Assembly (NCBI GenBank): GCA_963717505.1
Contig: OY970342.1
Coordinates: forward strand, 3,968,001-4,032,000
Origin: Candidatus Eiseniibacteriota bacterium
GTDB lineage: Bacteria > Eisenbacteria > RBG-16-71-46
Direction of reading: 5' to 3'
DNA length: 64,000 nucleotides
Position 1 is the stretch's first letter. Every line of letters begins with the position of its first letter. The notes beneath the pieces were generated by a model. That model made no database searches and was not told where the DNA came from. It was given only the letters and a program-made list of their open reading frames with translations. Position numbers and translations under genes: made by a program. Below are positions 44,534 to 55,755 of the stretch, in pieces.

Positions 44534-45688
44534 GCGGCCTCCCGCGCCAGCGCTGCGCGTCAGCGCCTCGCTCGTCGCCGTTCGCCGGCGCTGACCCGGT
44601 AGAGCAGGCCGGCGGCCGCCAGGTTCGCGAGCAGCGCCGAGCCGCCGTAGGACACGAACGGCAGCGGCAGCCCGGTGGTCGGCGCCAGGCCGGTGGCGAC
44701 CGCCGAGATTGACGAGCGCGTAGAGACCGATCTGGAGCGTGAGCCCAGCCGCGAGCAGGAAGCGGAACGGATCCGTGGCGCGCGCCGCGACGCGCATGCC
44801 GCGCCACAGCAGCAGCGCGAACAGCGACGAGCAGCAGCGGTCGCGCCGCCAGGAACCCCAGCTCCTCCGCCAGGATCGAGAAGATGAAGTCGGTGTGCGC
44901 CTCGGGCAGGAACAGGTACTTCTGCAGCCCGCCGCCCAGCCCGCGGCCGAGCCAGCCGCCCGAGCCGATCGCGATCAGCGACTGGTCGAGCTGCCAGCCC
45001 GAGCCGCGCGCGTCGAGCTCGCCGCTGCACAGGAAGCGCGACGAAGGTGTCGACCCGCCCCATCATGATAGGGGTGCGTGACCAGCGCACCGACCGCCGC
45101 CGCCAGCCCGCCGGCCACCGGGATCGCCAGGTGGCGCGAGCCGCGCGCCGGCGAGGAACAGCAGCAGGAAGCCGGTGACGTCGCCGAGCAGCGCCGCGCT
45201 GCTCAGGTTCGGCTGGATCAGGATCAGCCCCGCGATCGCCGCCGCGACCAGGCCGAGCGGCGGCAGCACGCCGCGCACAGAAGCCCAGCTCGTCGGGCGG
45301 GCGGCGCTTGAGCCACCAGGCGAGGAACACCACGGTCGCCAGCCGCGCGAGGTCGGTCGGCTGAAGCTGAGCGAACCCGAGCCGCAGCCAGCGCGCCGCG
45401 CCGTTCGAGACGTGGCCCGACCACGACCACCAGCGCAGCAGCAGCGCCACCGCGCCGCCGAGCAGCAACGGCGCGCCGGCGCTCGAGCGCGCGCAGCTCG
45501 ATCCGCGCGCACAGCCAGCAGCACCGCGACGCCGAGCAGCGACGCGCAGCAGCTGCCGCACCAGGAAGTAGTTCGGGATCCTGGTAGCGCGTGATGCCGA
45601 GGATCGCGCTCGAGGAGTAGACCATGACCAGTCCGAGCGCCGTGAGCACGAGCGGCAGCACGATCAGCCAGCGGTCGCCGCGGTTCAC
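44530..45688 (-). CDS. ftsW: SEDS peptidoglycan glycosyltransferase FtsW (frameshifted)
   Basis: [54 protein letters not shown]. Confidence 0.92.
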
Positions 45689-47092
45689 GCGTGCCACCTC
45701 CTCGCGCTGGAGCCGCGCGCACTTCGGCCTTGAAGCGGCGGCCGCGGTCCTCGTAGTCGCGGAACATGTCGAACGAGGCGCACCCGGGCGACAGCAGCAC
45801 CGCGCCGCTCGGGCCGCGCGCGCCTCGGTAGGCGGCGTCGACCGCGTCGCGCCAGGCTGCGCGGCGCGCACCGGCGGCACGCCCGCGCCACGCGCGCGGC
45901 GATGCGCTCGGCGCCCTCGCCGATCAGCACCACCGTGCGCACGTGACGCCGCACGCAGCTCGGCGCAGCGGTGCGAAGTCCTGGCCCTTGTCGCGGCCGC
46001 CGGCGATCAGCACCACCGGCTCCTCGAAGCTCTGCGAGCGCGACCTCGAGCGAGCCGACGTTGGTGGCCTTCGAGTCGTTGACGAACCGCACGCCGTCGA
46101 CCGTCGCCGACCGGCTCGAGCCGGTGCTCGAGCCCGGCGTAGCTCGCGCAGCACGCTCGCGCAGCGTCGCCGGGCGCGATCTCGAGCGGCAGCACGCGGC
46201 CAGCGCCGCGAGCGCGTTCATCAGGTTGTGCGGGCCGCGGCAGCCGCAGCTCGCTCGCCGGCATCAGCGCGCTCGCGACCGCCGCGCCAGGCGAGCACGA
46301 TGGTCGCCGTCCTCGACGAACGCCCCCTCGTCGACCGGGTGCGCGCGCGCGAGAACTCGAGCGACGCGCCGGCGCCCGGCGCGGCGCGCGCATCACCTCG
46401 GGATCGTCGGCGTTCCACACCGCCCAGTCGTCCTCGTCCTGGCGCGCGAACAGGCGCTGCTTGAGCGCGCCGTAGGTGTCGAGGTCGCCGTGGCGATCGA
46501 GATGGTCGGGCGTCAGGTTGAGCCAGATCGCGACGAACGGCTTCAGGCGGTCGACGGTCTCGAGCTGGAACGACGACACCTCGACCACCAGCAGGCCCGG
46601 CGGGCCGACCGTCTCGGCGACGTCGCAGATCGCGCGGCCGATGTTGCCGCACACCTGCGACCTCGCGGCCGGCGGCGCGCAGCAGCGCGCCGATCAGATC
46701 GGTGGTCGTGCTCTTGCCGTTGGTGCCGGTGATCGCAGACCAGCGGCGCGTGCGCGGCCAGGTAGCCCAGCTCGAGCTCGGAGATCACCGGCACGCCGCG
46801 CGCGCGCGCCGCGACCGCGAGCGGATGGCTCGATCGGGATCCCGGGACTCCACACCACGAAGTCGCGCCCCTCGAGCAGCGCCGGATCGTCGGCGCCCAA
46901 CGACACCGTCGACGCCCGAGCTCGGCGAGCGCCGCCGCGGCCTCGGGCAGCGCCGACGCCGCGCGCGCGTCGCACACGCGCACGTCGAGGCCGTGACGGC
47001 GCAGCAGGCGTGCCGCGGCGAGGCCCGAGCGCGCCGCGCCCGACGACCAGCGGGCGGCGGCCGGGAAGCGGATGCCGGGCGTCGATGGTCAT
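45685..47092 (-). CDS. murD: UDP-N-acetylmuramoyl-L-alanine--D-glutamate ligase (frameshifted)
   Basis: [55 protein letters not shown]. Confidence 0.95.
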
Positions 47093-48190
47093 TGCAGCTT
47101 GAAGCGTCGAGAGCGAGAGCAGCGCGAGCAGCGCGCCCGACGATGTAGAAGCGCAGCACGACGCGCGACTCGGCCCAGCCCGAGCAGCTCGAAGTGGTGG
47201 TGGAGCGGCGACATGCGGAACACGCGCCTGCCCCACAGCTTGAACGACGTCGACCTGGATCATCACCGACAGCGTCTCGGCCACGAACACGCCGCCGACC
47301 AGCACCAGCCAGAACTCGCGCTTGATCAGCACGGCGACCGTGCCGAGCGCGCCGCCCAGCGCCAGCGAGCCGGTGTCGCCCATGAACACGTCGGCCGGAT
47401 GGCAGTTGTACCAGAGGAAGCCGAGCGAGGCGCCCGAGCACCGCGGCGCAGAACACGGTCAGCTCGCCGCGCGTAGCGGCAGGTAGCTGATGTTCAGGTA
47501 CTCGCTGAACCGGACGTGTCCGCTCAGGTAGCAGAGCCCGGCGAACGCGAGCGCGGCGATCGCCATCAGCCCGGAGGCCAGGCCGTCGAGCCCGTCGGTC
47601 AGGTTCACCGCGTTCGAGGAGCCGGTGATCACCAGGATCACGAACGGCACGAACAGCCAGCCGAAGTCGATGAAGCGGAACTTGAGGAACGGCACGTGGG
47701 TGGTCGTCGCCGGCAGCCCCGGCTCCGGCCACAGCACGCAGCGCCAGCCCGATCACGCGCACCGAGCGCGACCTGGCCGGCCAGCTTGTAGCGACCGAGC
47801 AGACCCTTGGGATAGCCCTTGACCACGCGCAGGTAGTCGTCGAGGAAGCCGAGCGCACCGAGCCACACGGTGGCGAGCGAGCGCGAGCCACAGCGCGCGC
47901 GAGTGGAGGTTCCCCCACAGCAGCGTCGGCACCACGATCGCGATGACGATCAGGAGCCCGCCCATGGTCGGCGTGCCGGCCTTGACCAGGTGGGTCTGCG
48001 GTCCCTCCGGCGCGGACCTTCTGCCCGAGCTTGACCCGCGCAGCCAGTCGATCATCGGCGGTCCGAGCACGAAGCACACCAGCAGCGCCGTGATCGCCGC
48101 GTACGCGGAGCGAAACGTGATGTAGCGGAAGACGTTCAACGCCGAGAGCCCGGGCAGCTCGTGCAGCGGATAGACCCATTCGTAGAACAT
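47089..48190 (-). CDS. mraY: Phospho-N-acetylmuramoyl-pentapeptide transferase (frameshifted)
   Basis: [47 protein letters not shown]. Confidence 0.96.
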
Positions 48191-48193
48191 GCG

Positions 48194-49618
48194 TCAGCGC
48201 CTCCATCGCCGCCGGGCTCGCGGCAGTGCCGCGAGCACGTCCTCGAGCGCCGCGCCGCGCGAGGCCTTGAGCAGCACGACCACGTCCGGGGCCGAGCTCC
48301 GCGGCCGAGCGCGGCCGCGAGCTCGAGCTTGTTCGCGAACACGCGCGCCGGAATCCCGGCGCCCGCGGCACCCGCTGCGTAGTCCGCCGCGAAGGCGCCG
48401 ATCGTCCACAACTCGGCGCCGCGCACCGCGGCCCCGGTCTCGCGATGGAGCGCCGGCGCTTCCGCGCCCAGCTCGAGCATGTCGCCGAGCACGGCGATCC
48501 GCCGGCGTGCGTCGCGGGCCAGGCCGCCAGCGTCTCGAGCGCGGCGCGCATCGAGTCGGGGTTCGCGTTGTAGCAGTCCACGAGCAGGGTCGCGCCGCGC
48601 ACGCGTGCGCACCTCCATCCGACCCGCGGCCGGCTCGCTGGGCCGCGATCGCCGCCGCGACCGCGGCCGGATCGAGTCCGTGCTCGCGCGCGACCGCGAG
48701 CGCCGCCAGCGCGTTCGCGACCTGGTGGCGGCCGACCAGGCGCAGGTGGACCGGCGGGAATCCCGCGACCTCGAAGCGGCTGCCCTGCGGACCGAGATCC
48801 TCGATGCGCGATGGACGCACGTCGGCGCCGGCCGCGAATCCGTAAGTAATGCGCCGGCCCGGCGCGCCCTCGAGCGCCGCGAGCAGCTCGGGGCAGTCGG
48901 CACCGGCGAACGTGACCGCCGTTCGCCGGCAGCGCGAAAGCGAGCGCCGCCTTCTCGCGCGCGATCGCCTCGACCGTGCCGAAACGCTCGAGGTGCGCGC
49001 GGCCGGCGTTGGTGATCACCGCCGCCTGGGGTCGAGCGAGCCCGGCGAGCATTGCGATCTCGCCCGGCCTGGTTCATACCCATCTCGACCACCGCCGCGC
49101 GGTGCTCGCGCTTCGAGCGCGCAGCAGCGTGAGCGGCACACCCCAGTGGTTGTTGAGGTTGCCTTCGGTGCGAGCGTCGACGAATCGAGTCGCCAGCGCC
49201 AGCTGCGACCAGATCCTTGGTCGTGGTCTTGCCGACGCTGCCGGTGACGCCGATCAGGATTCCGTCCCAGCCGGCGCGCCAGCGGCCCGCGATCCGCTGC
49301 AGGGCCCGCGGTCGCGATCGTCGACCACGCACCAGCGGACCCGGCTCGCGCCCGCGGAACTCCGGGTAGCGCGACGCGCGCGCACAACGCGGCACCGGCC
49401 CCGTTCGCGAACGCGATCGCGAGGAACGCGTGGCCGTCGGTACGGCTCCCGGGCAGCGGCACGAACAACTGGCCCGGAGACACTTTGCGGCTGTCGATGG
49501 TGGCGCCGCGCACGCCCTCTTCGCCAGCCCCAGCTCCGGCGGCGGGGCGCGCCAGCTCGCCCTCGGCCCATTGGGCCAGGGTGCCGAGCGGAATCCGATC
49601 CACCGGCGCGGCGATCAT
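48194..49618 (-). CDS. murF: UDP-N-acetylmuramoyl-tripeptide--D-Ala-D-Ala ligase (frameshifted)
   Basis: [61 protein letters not shown]. Confidence 0.94.
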
Positions 49619-51194
49619 GACGACGCCTCCCGACGCGCGCGCAGCAGCTCGCGCGCCACCTCGCGGTCGTCGAAGGGCAGCACCTGCTCGCCGATCGTCT
49701 GCGTCGTCTCGTGACCCTTGCCGGCGATCAGCACCGCGTCGCCCGACTCGGCGGCTTCGAGCGCCGCCGCGATCGCCCGCCGGCGGTCGAGCTCGACGCG
49801 CAGTCGGCCGGCCGGATCGCCGGCGAGCACCTGCGTCGGCGATCGCCGCGGGAGCCTCGCTGCGCGGATTGTCGTTGGTCACCCACGCCCGGTCGGCGCC
49901 CCGCGCCGCGATCGCACCCATCACCGGTCGCTTGGCGCGGTCGCGGTCGCCGCCGCAGCCGAACACCAGCAAGCACTCGGCGCGCACGCGTGCTCGCGAA
50001 CCGCAGCCAGCGCGCGCTCGAGCGCGTCCGGCGTGTGCGCGTAGTCGACGACCACCGTGAACGGCTGGCGCTTCGTCGACGCGCTCGAGCCGGCCGGGAA
50101 CGCCGCGCGCCGCGGCCGAGTCCGCGCACCGCGACCTCGGGCGCGAGCCCGAGCGCCAGCGCCGACGGCGAACGCCGCGGCCGCGTTCCACGCGTTGTAG
50201 CGTCCCGAGCAACGGCAGATCGCACGGGATGCGGCGGCGCCCTGCGTGGCGAAGCGTGAACGCCAGCCCGCTTGGGGCCCGGCGTCACCGCTTCGATCGC
50301 AACCTCGGCGCTCGGCTCCCTGGCCGTAGCCGATCACGCGCAGGCCCGCCGCGGCTGCCGCGGTCGCGCACCGCCGCCGCCGACGGGTCGTCGAGATTGA
50401 TCACCGCGGTCGCGTGCTTGGTCGCGCGCGGCGTGTTGCGGCCGTCGAACAGCATGAGCTTGGCGTCGAGGTAGCGCCTCGATCGTGCCGTGGTAGTCGA
50501 GGTGGTCGTGGGTCAGGTTGGTGAACACCGCGACGTCGCATTCGAGACCGTGGCAGCGACGCTGCACCAGCGCGTGGCTGCTGACCTCGAGCGCCACCGC
50601 CGCCACACCCCGGTCGACCATCTCGCGCAGCAGACCCTGCAGCTCGGGGCTTCGGGCGTGGTGAAGGACGCCGCGCGTTGCTCGTCGCCGAGCCGGAAGC
50701 CGGTGGTGCCGATCACCCCCGAACGCCGGCCCGCCGCTCGCAGGATCGCGTCGACCAGGAACGTGGTGGTCGGTCTTGCCGTTGGTGCCGGTGACCGCGA
50801 CCACCTGGAGTGCGCGCGCCGGATGGCGGAACCAGCGGGCCGCCGCCTGCGCCAGCGCCAGCCGCGGCTCCGCAACTTCAATGCACGGCACCGCGGCCGG
50901 CACGGCGGCCGCGGCCTCGGGCGCCGCCACCACCGCGGTCGCACCGCGCGCCAATGCGTCGGCGACGTGCGCGTCGGCGCGGGTCCGCTGTCCGCCCAGG
51001 GCGAAGAACAGATCGCCGGGGCGTACGCGACGCGAGTCCATCGCCAGACCCTGAATGTCGAGATCCCCGACGCCCTGGGGACCTCGAGTATTTTGGGCGC
51101 CTTGGGGACCTTGGGCGCCTTGGGCACCTTGGGCACCTTCGCCTGCGCGACTCCGGATCACGTCCACGTCCTCGAGCACGGTCGTCAGCCTCAC
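49615..51194 (-). CDS. murE: UDP-N-acetylmuramoyl-L-alanyl-D-glutamate--diaminopimelate ligase (frameshifted)
   Basis: [50 protein letters not shown] (DAP-type), AGKGHE. Confidence 0.95.
51093..51137 (-). repeat. Five 9-bp tandem units encoding [15 protein letters not shown] in MurE
   Basis: Plus strand ttgggcgcc ttggggacc ttgggcgcc ttgggcacc ttgggcacc. Confidence 0.85.
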
Positions 51195-53308
51195 GACGGC
51201 GCGGCGCCAGCCTGAACCGCCAGGCCGGGCTCGCAGCGCAGACGGCACGGCCCGCGGAACGGCAGGGGCGTTCCCGGCGGCGGTTCCTGGCGCACGACCA
51301 CGCCGCTGCCCTCGACGCGGGCGCGCAGCGAGAATCGAGCGAGATGTCGCAGCGCGTCGCGCACCGAGAGCCCGGCGAGCTCCGGCATCACCGAGAACGC
51401 CGAGTCCGTCGGCGCCGACAACTGCACCGTGATCGCCTCGCCGCGCTCGACCGCCTCGCCGGCGGCCGGCTCCTGGGACAGCACGCGCGCGCCCTCTCCC
51501 TCGATGCGCATGCGCAGGCCGGCGGAGGCCAGCCGCCGCTCGGCGGCCGCGGGCAGCAACAGGCGCAGGTCGGGAACCACGACCGGCGCCGGCGACGGCG
51601 GTCGCGCGGCCACCGCGACCGCGCCCCCGCGCAGGTCATCACGCGACAGCCGCTGCAGGTCGAGCAGGATCTCGCGGAACACCGGGGCCGCGACCTCGCC
51701 GCCGTAGTAGCGCTTGCCGCGCGGCTCGTCGATCACCACCACGCCGACCACGCGTCGGATCGTCGGCCGGCGCGAATCCGACGAACGACGACAGGTACAT
51801 GCCACGGCCGTAGGTGCCGACCGACGCGTCGTACTTCTGCGCGGTGCCGGTCTTGCCCGCGACCTGCGAGCCCGCGCACGCGCGCTGCGCGTCGCCGTGC
51901 CGCTGTCGACCACGGCCGCGAGCATCGCGCGCAGCAGTTCGGTCGTGCGCGCGCTGAACACCCGGTGCACCGCGCGCGGGGCGTGTCGCTGCACGCACGT
52001 TGCCGTCGCCGTCGCGGATCTCGCGCACCAGCATCGGCTCCATGAGCACGCCACCGTTCGCGATCGCAGCGTAGGCCAGCGCCAGCTGGAGCGGCGTCAC
52101 CGACAGCTCGTGGCCGATCGCGATCGTCGGGCACGAGCGCGCCGACCAGTGCGCGGGGCTGCGCAGCTTGCCGCCGGCCTCGCCCGGAAAGGTCGACGCC
52201 GGTCAGGCTGCCGAAGCCGAGCTCGGTGCAGTAGCGGTAGAGGCGCTCCGAGCCGAGCAGCAGTCCGAGCTTGCCCATGACGATGTTGCTCGACCAGCGC
52301 ACCGCGTCGCGGAACGTGTAGCTCGCCTCCTTGTGCACGTCGTGGAACGACAGCGCCGGGCGCGACCAGCGCGCTGGCCGTCGGCCGAGGCCTCGAACAC
52401 CTGGTCGGGACGCGCCAGGCCCTCTTCGAGCGCCGCGCCCGCGACGACGACCTTGAACGTCGAGCCGGGCTCGAACTGATCGGTGAAGTTCCAGTTGCGC
52501 GCCTTGCCGGGCGGCAGGTGCGGCACGTTGACCGACGCCAGGACCTCGCCGGTGCGCGGGTCGAGGAACAGCGCGAAGCCGCGCACCGCGCGCAGCGAGT
52601 CCACCGCGCGCGCCAGGTGGGCCTCGACGATGGACTGGAGGTCGGCGTCGAGCGTGAGCACGACGTGGCGGCCGTTCTCGGGCGCGCGGCTCGCCGCGCT
52701 CGAGCTCGAGCGCGCGCCCGCGGCCGTCGCGGAACAGCGTGTCGTCCAGCCGGGCCGCCCGCGCAGCTCCTCGTCGAGCTGGAGCTCGAGGCCGTCGACG
52801 CCGACGTGGTCGACGTTGCAGTGCGCCCGATCATCTCGCTCGCCGCGGCGCCGAGCGGATACTCGCGCCGCGTCTCGGTCGCGACGTAGACGCCGCGCCG
52901 CTTCCACGACAGCGATCGTCATTCCCTGGTGCGGGTCGACGCGGCGCGACACCCACAGGAAACGCGGGCGCGCGGCGAAGCGCCGCTGCAGCTCGCGGGC
53001 GTCGACCTTGAGCACGCGCGCCAGGTCGCGCGCGGTCGCACGCGGATCCTGCATCTCGCGCGGTGCGGCCGACACCGAGTAGGTGACCAGATCGCGCGCC
53101 AGCGGCACGCCCGTGGCGGTCGAGGATCGTCCCGCGCTCGGGGCGCACCAGCACCCGCTGTTCCTGATTGCCGCTCGGCGCGCGACTCGAAGTGATCGTG
53201 GCGGGCGATCTGCAGCCAACCGACCCGGAGCCACAACGCCACGAATCCCAGAAGCAGACCGGCCGCAGCCACCAGCACCCGACTCTTGCGCGTTTCCCTG
53301 TGGGCCAA
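51191..53308 (-). CDS. ftsI: Penicillin-binding protein FtsI with C-terminal PASTA domains (frameshifted)
   Basis: [28 protein letters not shown]; PASTA-like 'VPDLR..VLSQEP', '[18 protein letters not shown]'. Confidence 0.93.
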
Positions 53309-53394
53309 TGGTTCCCTCCGTGGAACGGCGGTTCACGCCAACCGCCGGCCCGAACGTGCGCGGTGCGGTGGTGCGGCCGGTCAGACTCTGGGTT

Positions 53395-53826
53395 TCAGGA
53401 TCCGGTTCGGGTACGCGCGAGTGCCTCCGGAACGAAGACACGCGACAACGAACCGACCCAAGCCAGGGCCGGAGGCAGTCCGGATCCGGGGGCCGCCTCG
53501 GCGCGCGTCAGGTACTGGGACGGTAGCTCGATCACCTGGCCCGCCTCGACCGGCATCATGCCGAGCTGGCGCGCCTGTGGATCGAGCTCGGCGCGGGTCG
53601 CCCCGCGATCGAGTCGCGCGTGATCGAATTCCAAACGCGCGAGTTCCTGGCTCAACAACGCACGCGACCGGTCGCGCTCGAGACTCAGCTGGGCCAGGCG
53701 GGCCGACTGCCACACCTCGACCAGCAGCGCTCCCAGGACGAGTGCCGCGAACAGCCCGAGCTCGGGCCGCACCCAGCGCGTTTCGGCAACGCGCCAGGAT
53801 GGACGACGTCGGACACCAGCAATCAT
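53395..53826 (-). CDS. ftsL: Cell division protein FtsL-like
   Basis: Single TM helix plus coiled coil ending 'ARQLGM'; located between rsmH and ftsI. Confidence 0.75.
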   Translation of the reverse strand: MIAGVRRRPSWRVAETRWVRPELGLFAALVLGALLVEVWQSARLAQLSLERDRSRALLSQELARLEFDHARLDRGATRAELDPQARQLGMMPVEAGQVIELPSQYLTRAEAAPGSGLPPALAWVGSLSRVFVPEALARTRTGS

Positions 53827-54740
53827 GCAGCCCTCCTGCGGAAAGCCCGCAGCCGCGCGCTGCGCGCGCGGGGGTTACGGGCGATCTCCTCCAGCGAAGG
53901 AGTGATCACCCGTCGCGTGAGACGCTCCCACGGCCGCTCGGGCGGCTGTGGATCGACCGGCGGCCGGCGGCGGGGCGGGTGGACATCCACGCTCCCGAGC
54001 GACCGCTTGATTCTGCGATCCTCGCCCGAGTGATAGGCGAGGGTGACCACGACTCCTCCGGAACGCACTACCGCCGGCAGCCACGACAACAGCGCGTCGA
54101 GCTCCCCGGCTTCATCGTTGATCCAAATCCGCAACGCTTGGAACACACGCGCGCGCTGTCGCGGCGCGCCGCCGACGATGCGGCTCGCGATCCGCTCGAG
54201 ATCGGCCGCGGTCGACAGCTTGCCTTCGTGTGCAGCCGCGATCAGCGCGTGCGCCAGACGGCGGGCGGGGCCGAGGTCGCCGTACTCGCGCAGCACCGCG
54301 GTGAGCACTTCGGGATCGGTGTGGGCCAGGCGCACCGACGCCGGCTCGCCGCGCGACGGATCCATGCGCAGGTCGAGCGGGCCTCCGGCCTGGAAGCCGA
54401 TTCCGCGCGTCGGATCGTCGAGCTGCCCGGACGAAACGCCGAGGTCCATGAGCACGCCGGCGAACGGCTCGCCCCCGAGACGATGGTGCGCTTCCGGAAT
54501 CTCGCGGAAGGTGGCGTGAACGAGCATCACGCGATCCTCCCGTCCGGCGAGACGCACGCGCGCGCGGTCGAGGGCCGCCGGGTCGCGGTCACAGCCGAGC
54601 AGGCGAGCGCCGGATTCGACCTCGAGCAACGCGGCGGCATGGCCGCCGTCGCCGAGCGTGGCGTCGAGATAGAGTCCGGGGCCGTTGGCCAGGAATGCCA
54701 GGGTCTCGGCGAGCAGGACCGGTTCATGACGGCGCGACAC
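53823..54740 (-). CDS. rsmH: 16S rRNA m4C1402 methyltransferase RsmH (MraW)
   Basis: HEPVLL, DATLGDGGH, DLGVSS, PLDLRMD, FQALRIWIN, YHSGEDR, NPRARSARLR. Confidence 0.96.
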   Translation of the reverse strand: MSRRHEPVLLAETLAFLANGPGLYLDATLGDGGHAAALLEVESGARLLGCDRDPAALDRARVRLAGREDRVMLVHATFREIPEAHHRLGGEPFAGVLMDLGVSSGQLDDPTRGIGFQAGGPLDLRMDPSRGEPASVRLAHTDPEVLTAVLREYGDLGPARRLAHALIAAAHEGKLSTAADLERIASRIVGGAPRQRARVFQALRIWINDEAGELDALLSWLPAVVRSGGVVVTLAYHSGEDRRIKRSLGSVDVHPPRRRPPVDPQPPERPWERLTRRVITPSLEEIARNPRARSARLRAFRRRAA

Positions 54741-55125
54741 GTCCGGGTTCCAGCGCGCTCCCGGCCAGCCGGACGCGGTCGCGCAGCGATGGCGACAGTC
54801 CGTGCCACGCGACCCCGTCGCGCAGGTCTTCGAACGGGGCGATGGCGCGCGCGAGCCGGCGCAGGCCCCAGTATTCGATGTTGCGCAGCCGCGAGCATTC
54901 GAGGACCAGGCCATCGAGCTCGCGCCGGCGCAGTTCACGCAGCGGAGCTTCGAGCCGGCGGACCGAGGCGTCGCCGATCCAGCCCTGCAGGTCGAGGCGC
55001 GCGTGCCGGCGCCCTTCGCCTTCGAGAACCTCGACCCGTGCGGCGGCCGCACGCGGTCCCGCTCCGATTTCGAGCGTCAAAGCCATGGAGACGTTCGCGC
55101 GCGCCAGATCCGCCAGAGAGACCAT
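54724..55125 (-). CDS. STAS-like (anti-sigma antagonist) domain protein
   Basis: 'LDLQGWIG..LVLECSRLRNIEYWGLRRL..GLSPSLRDRVRLAG' follows the STAS pattern; fills the gap between mraZ and rsmH. Confidence 0.65.
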   Translation of the reverse strand: MVSLADLARANVSMALTLEIGAGPRAAAARVEVLEGEGRRHARLDLQGWIGDASVRRLEAPLRELRRRELDGLVLECSRLRNIEYWGLRRLARAIAPFEDLRDGVAWHGLSPSLRDRVRLAGSALEPGRVAPS

Positions 55126-55126
55126 G

Positions 55127-55576
55127 TCACTCGTCCTTGAGGACGTCCTCCGCCAGGGCCTCGAGCTGGGCCGTGGCCTCGCTCAACTCGGTCTTGAGCC
55201 GTTCGGGGTTCCAGATCTCGATGTGATCAATGAGGCCATGCAGGACGGCTTCCCTGCCAAGCCCTGCATGGCTCCGGAGGGCCGGTGGAATGGTGATGCG
55301 TCCCTGCCCATCCACCGACGCCGGGGTTACGTGCATGAGAAACGATCGTTGAAACGCACGGCCTTTTCGTCCGCCGATCGGGATGCGCCGCAGTCGCTGC
55401 TCCATGCGCTCCCAGCTTTCGGGTGAGTAGACCGAGACGCAGCCTTCGAAGCCGAGGGTGAGCACGAAGCGCGTGAGCGCTTTCGCGCGACTCCCGGCGC
55501 GACGAAAGTGCTGCGGGATCGCGATGCGACCTTTTTCGTCGATCGCGTAAGTTTCCGTTCCGAGAAATGAAGGCAT
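55127..55576 (-). CDS. mraZ: Division/cell-wall cluster repressor MraZ
   Basis: FLGTETYAIDEKGRIAIP, GFEGC, VDGQGRITIP, DHIEIWN. Confidence 0.95.
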   Translation of the reverse strand: MPSFLGTETYAIDEKGRIAIPQHFRRAGSRAKALTRFVLTLGFEGCVSVYSPESWERMEQRLRRIPIGGRKGRAFQRSFLMHVTPASVDGQGRITIPPALRSHAGLGREAVLHGLIDHIEIWNPERLKTELSEATAQLEALAEDVLKDE

Positions 55577-55588
55577 TGGCGGCGCATT

Positions 55589-55642
55589 CCACCTGGGTCC
55601 ACGGATCGACGAGAATCCCCTCCAACCCCCACATTTCCCCAC
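55589..55642 (-). promoter_or_regulatory. MraZ-binding direct repeats
   Basis: GTGG boxes in 10-nt register (plus-strand CCAC at 55589, 55599, 55629, 55639; variant CCTC at 55619). Confidence 0.75.
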
Positions 55643-55652
55643 CGCGCCGCGC

Positions 55653-55682
55653 ACCATAGTCGCTGCACCTGCGGGCTGTCAA
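55653..55682 (-). promoter_or_regulatory. Sigma-70 promoter of the dcw cluster
   Basis: Minus strand TTGACA-N18-TATGGT, immediately upstream of the MraZ boxes. Confidence 0.65.
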
Positions 55683-55755
55683 AAGAAAACGTCGCCGGGG
55701 AGCCGATCGTCGTGAAGATTCGGGTGCACGTGCGTGCAGCCGGCGCCGGGATGCG

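Noticed and set aside
41342-44797. 1151-aa ORF suggesting an FtsW-MurG-MurC-FtsQ fusion
   Set aside because: It is a mosaic of short in-frame pieces caused by indels; each gene has its own start and overlap junction.
38670-53308. Pseudogenisation of the dcw cluster, or programmed frameshifting
   Set aside because: All catalytic motifs and the gene order are intact, and the indels are scattered without slippery-site patterns, so an assembly error is more likely.
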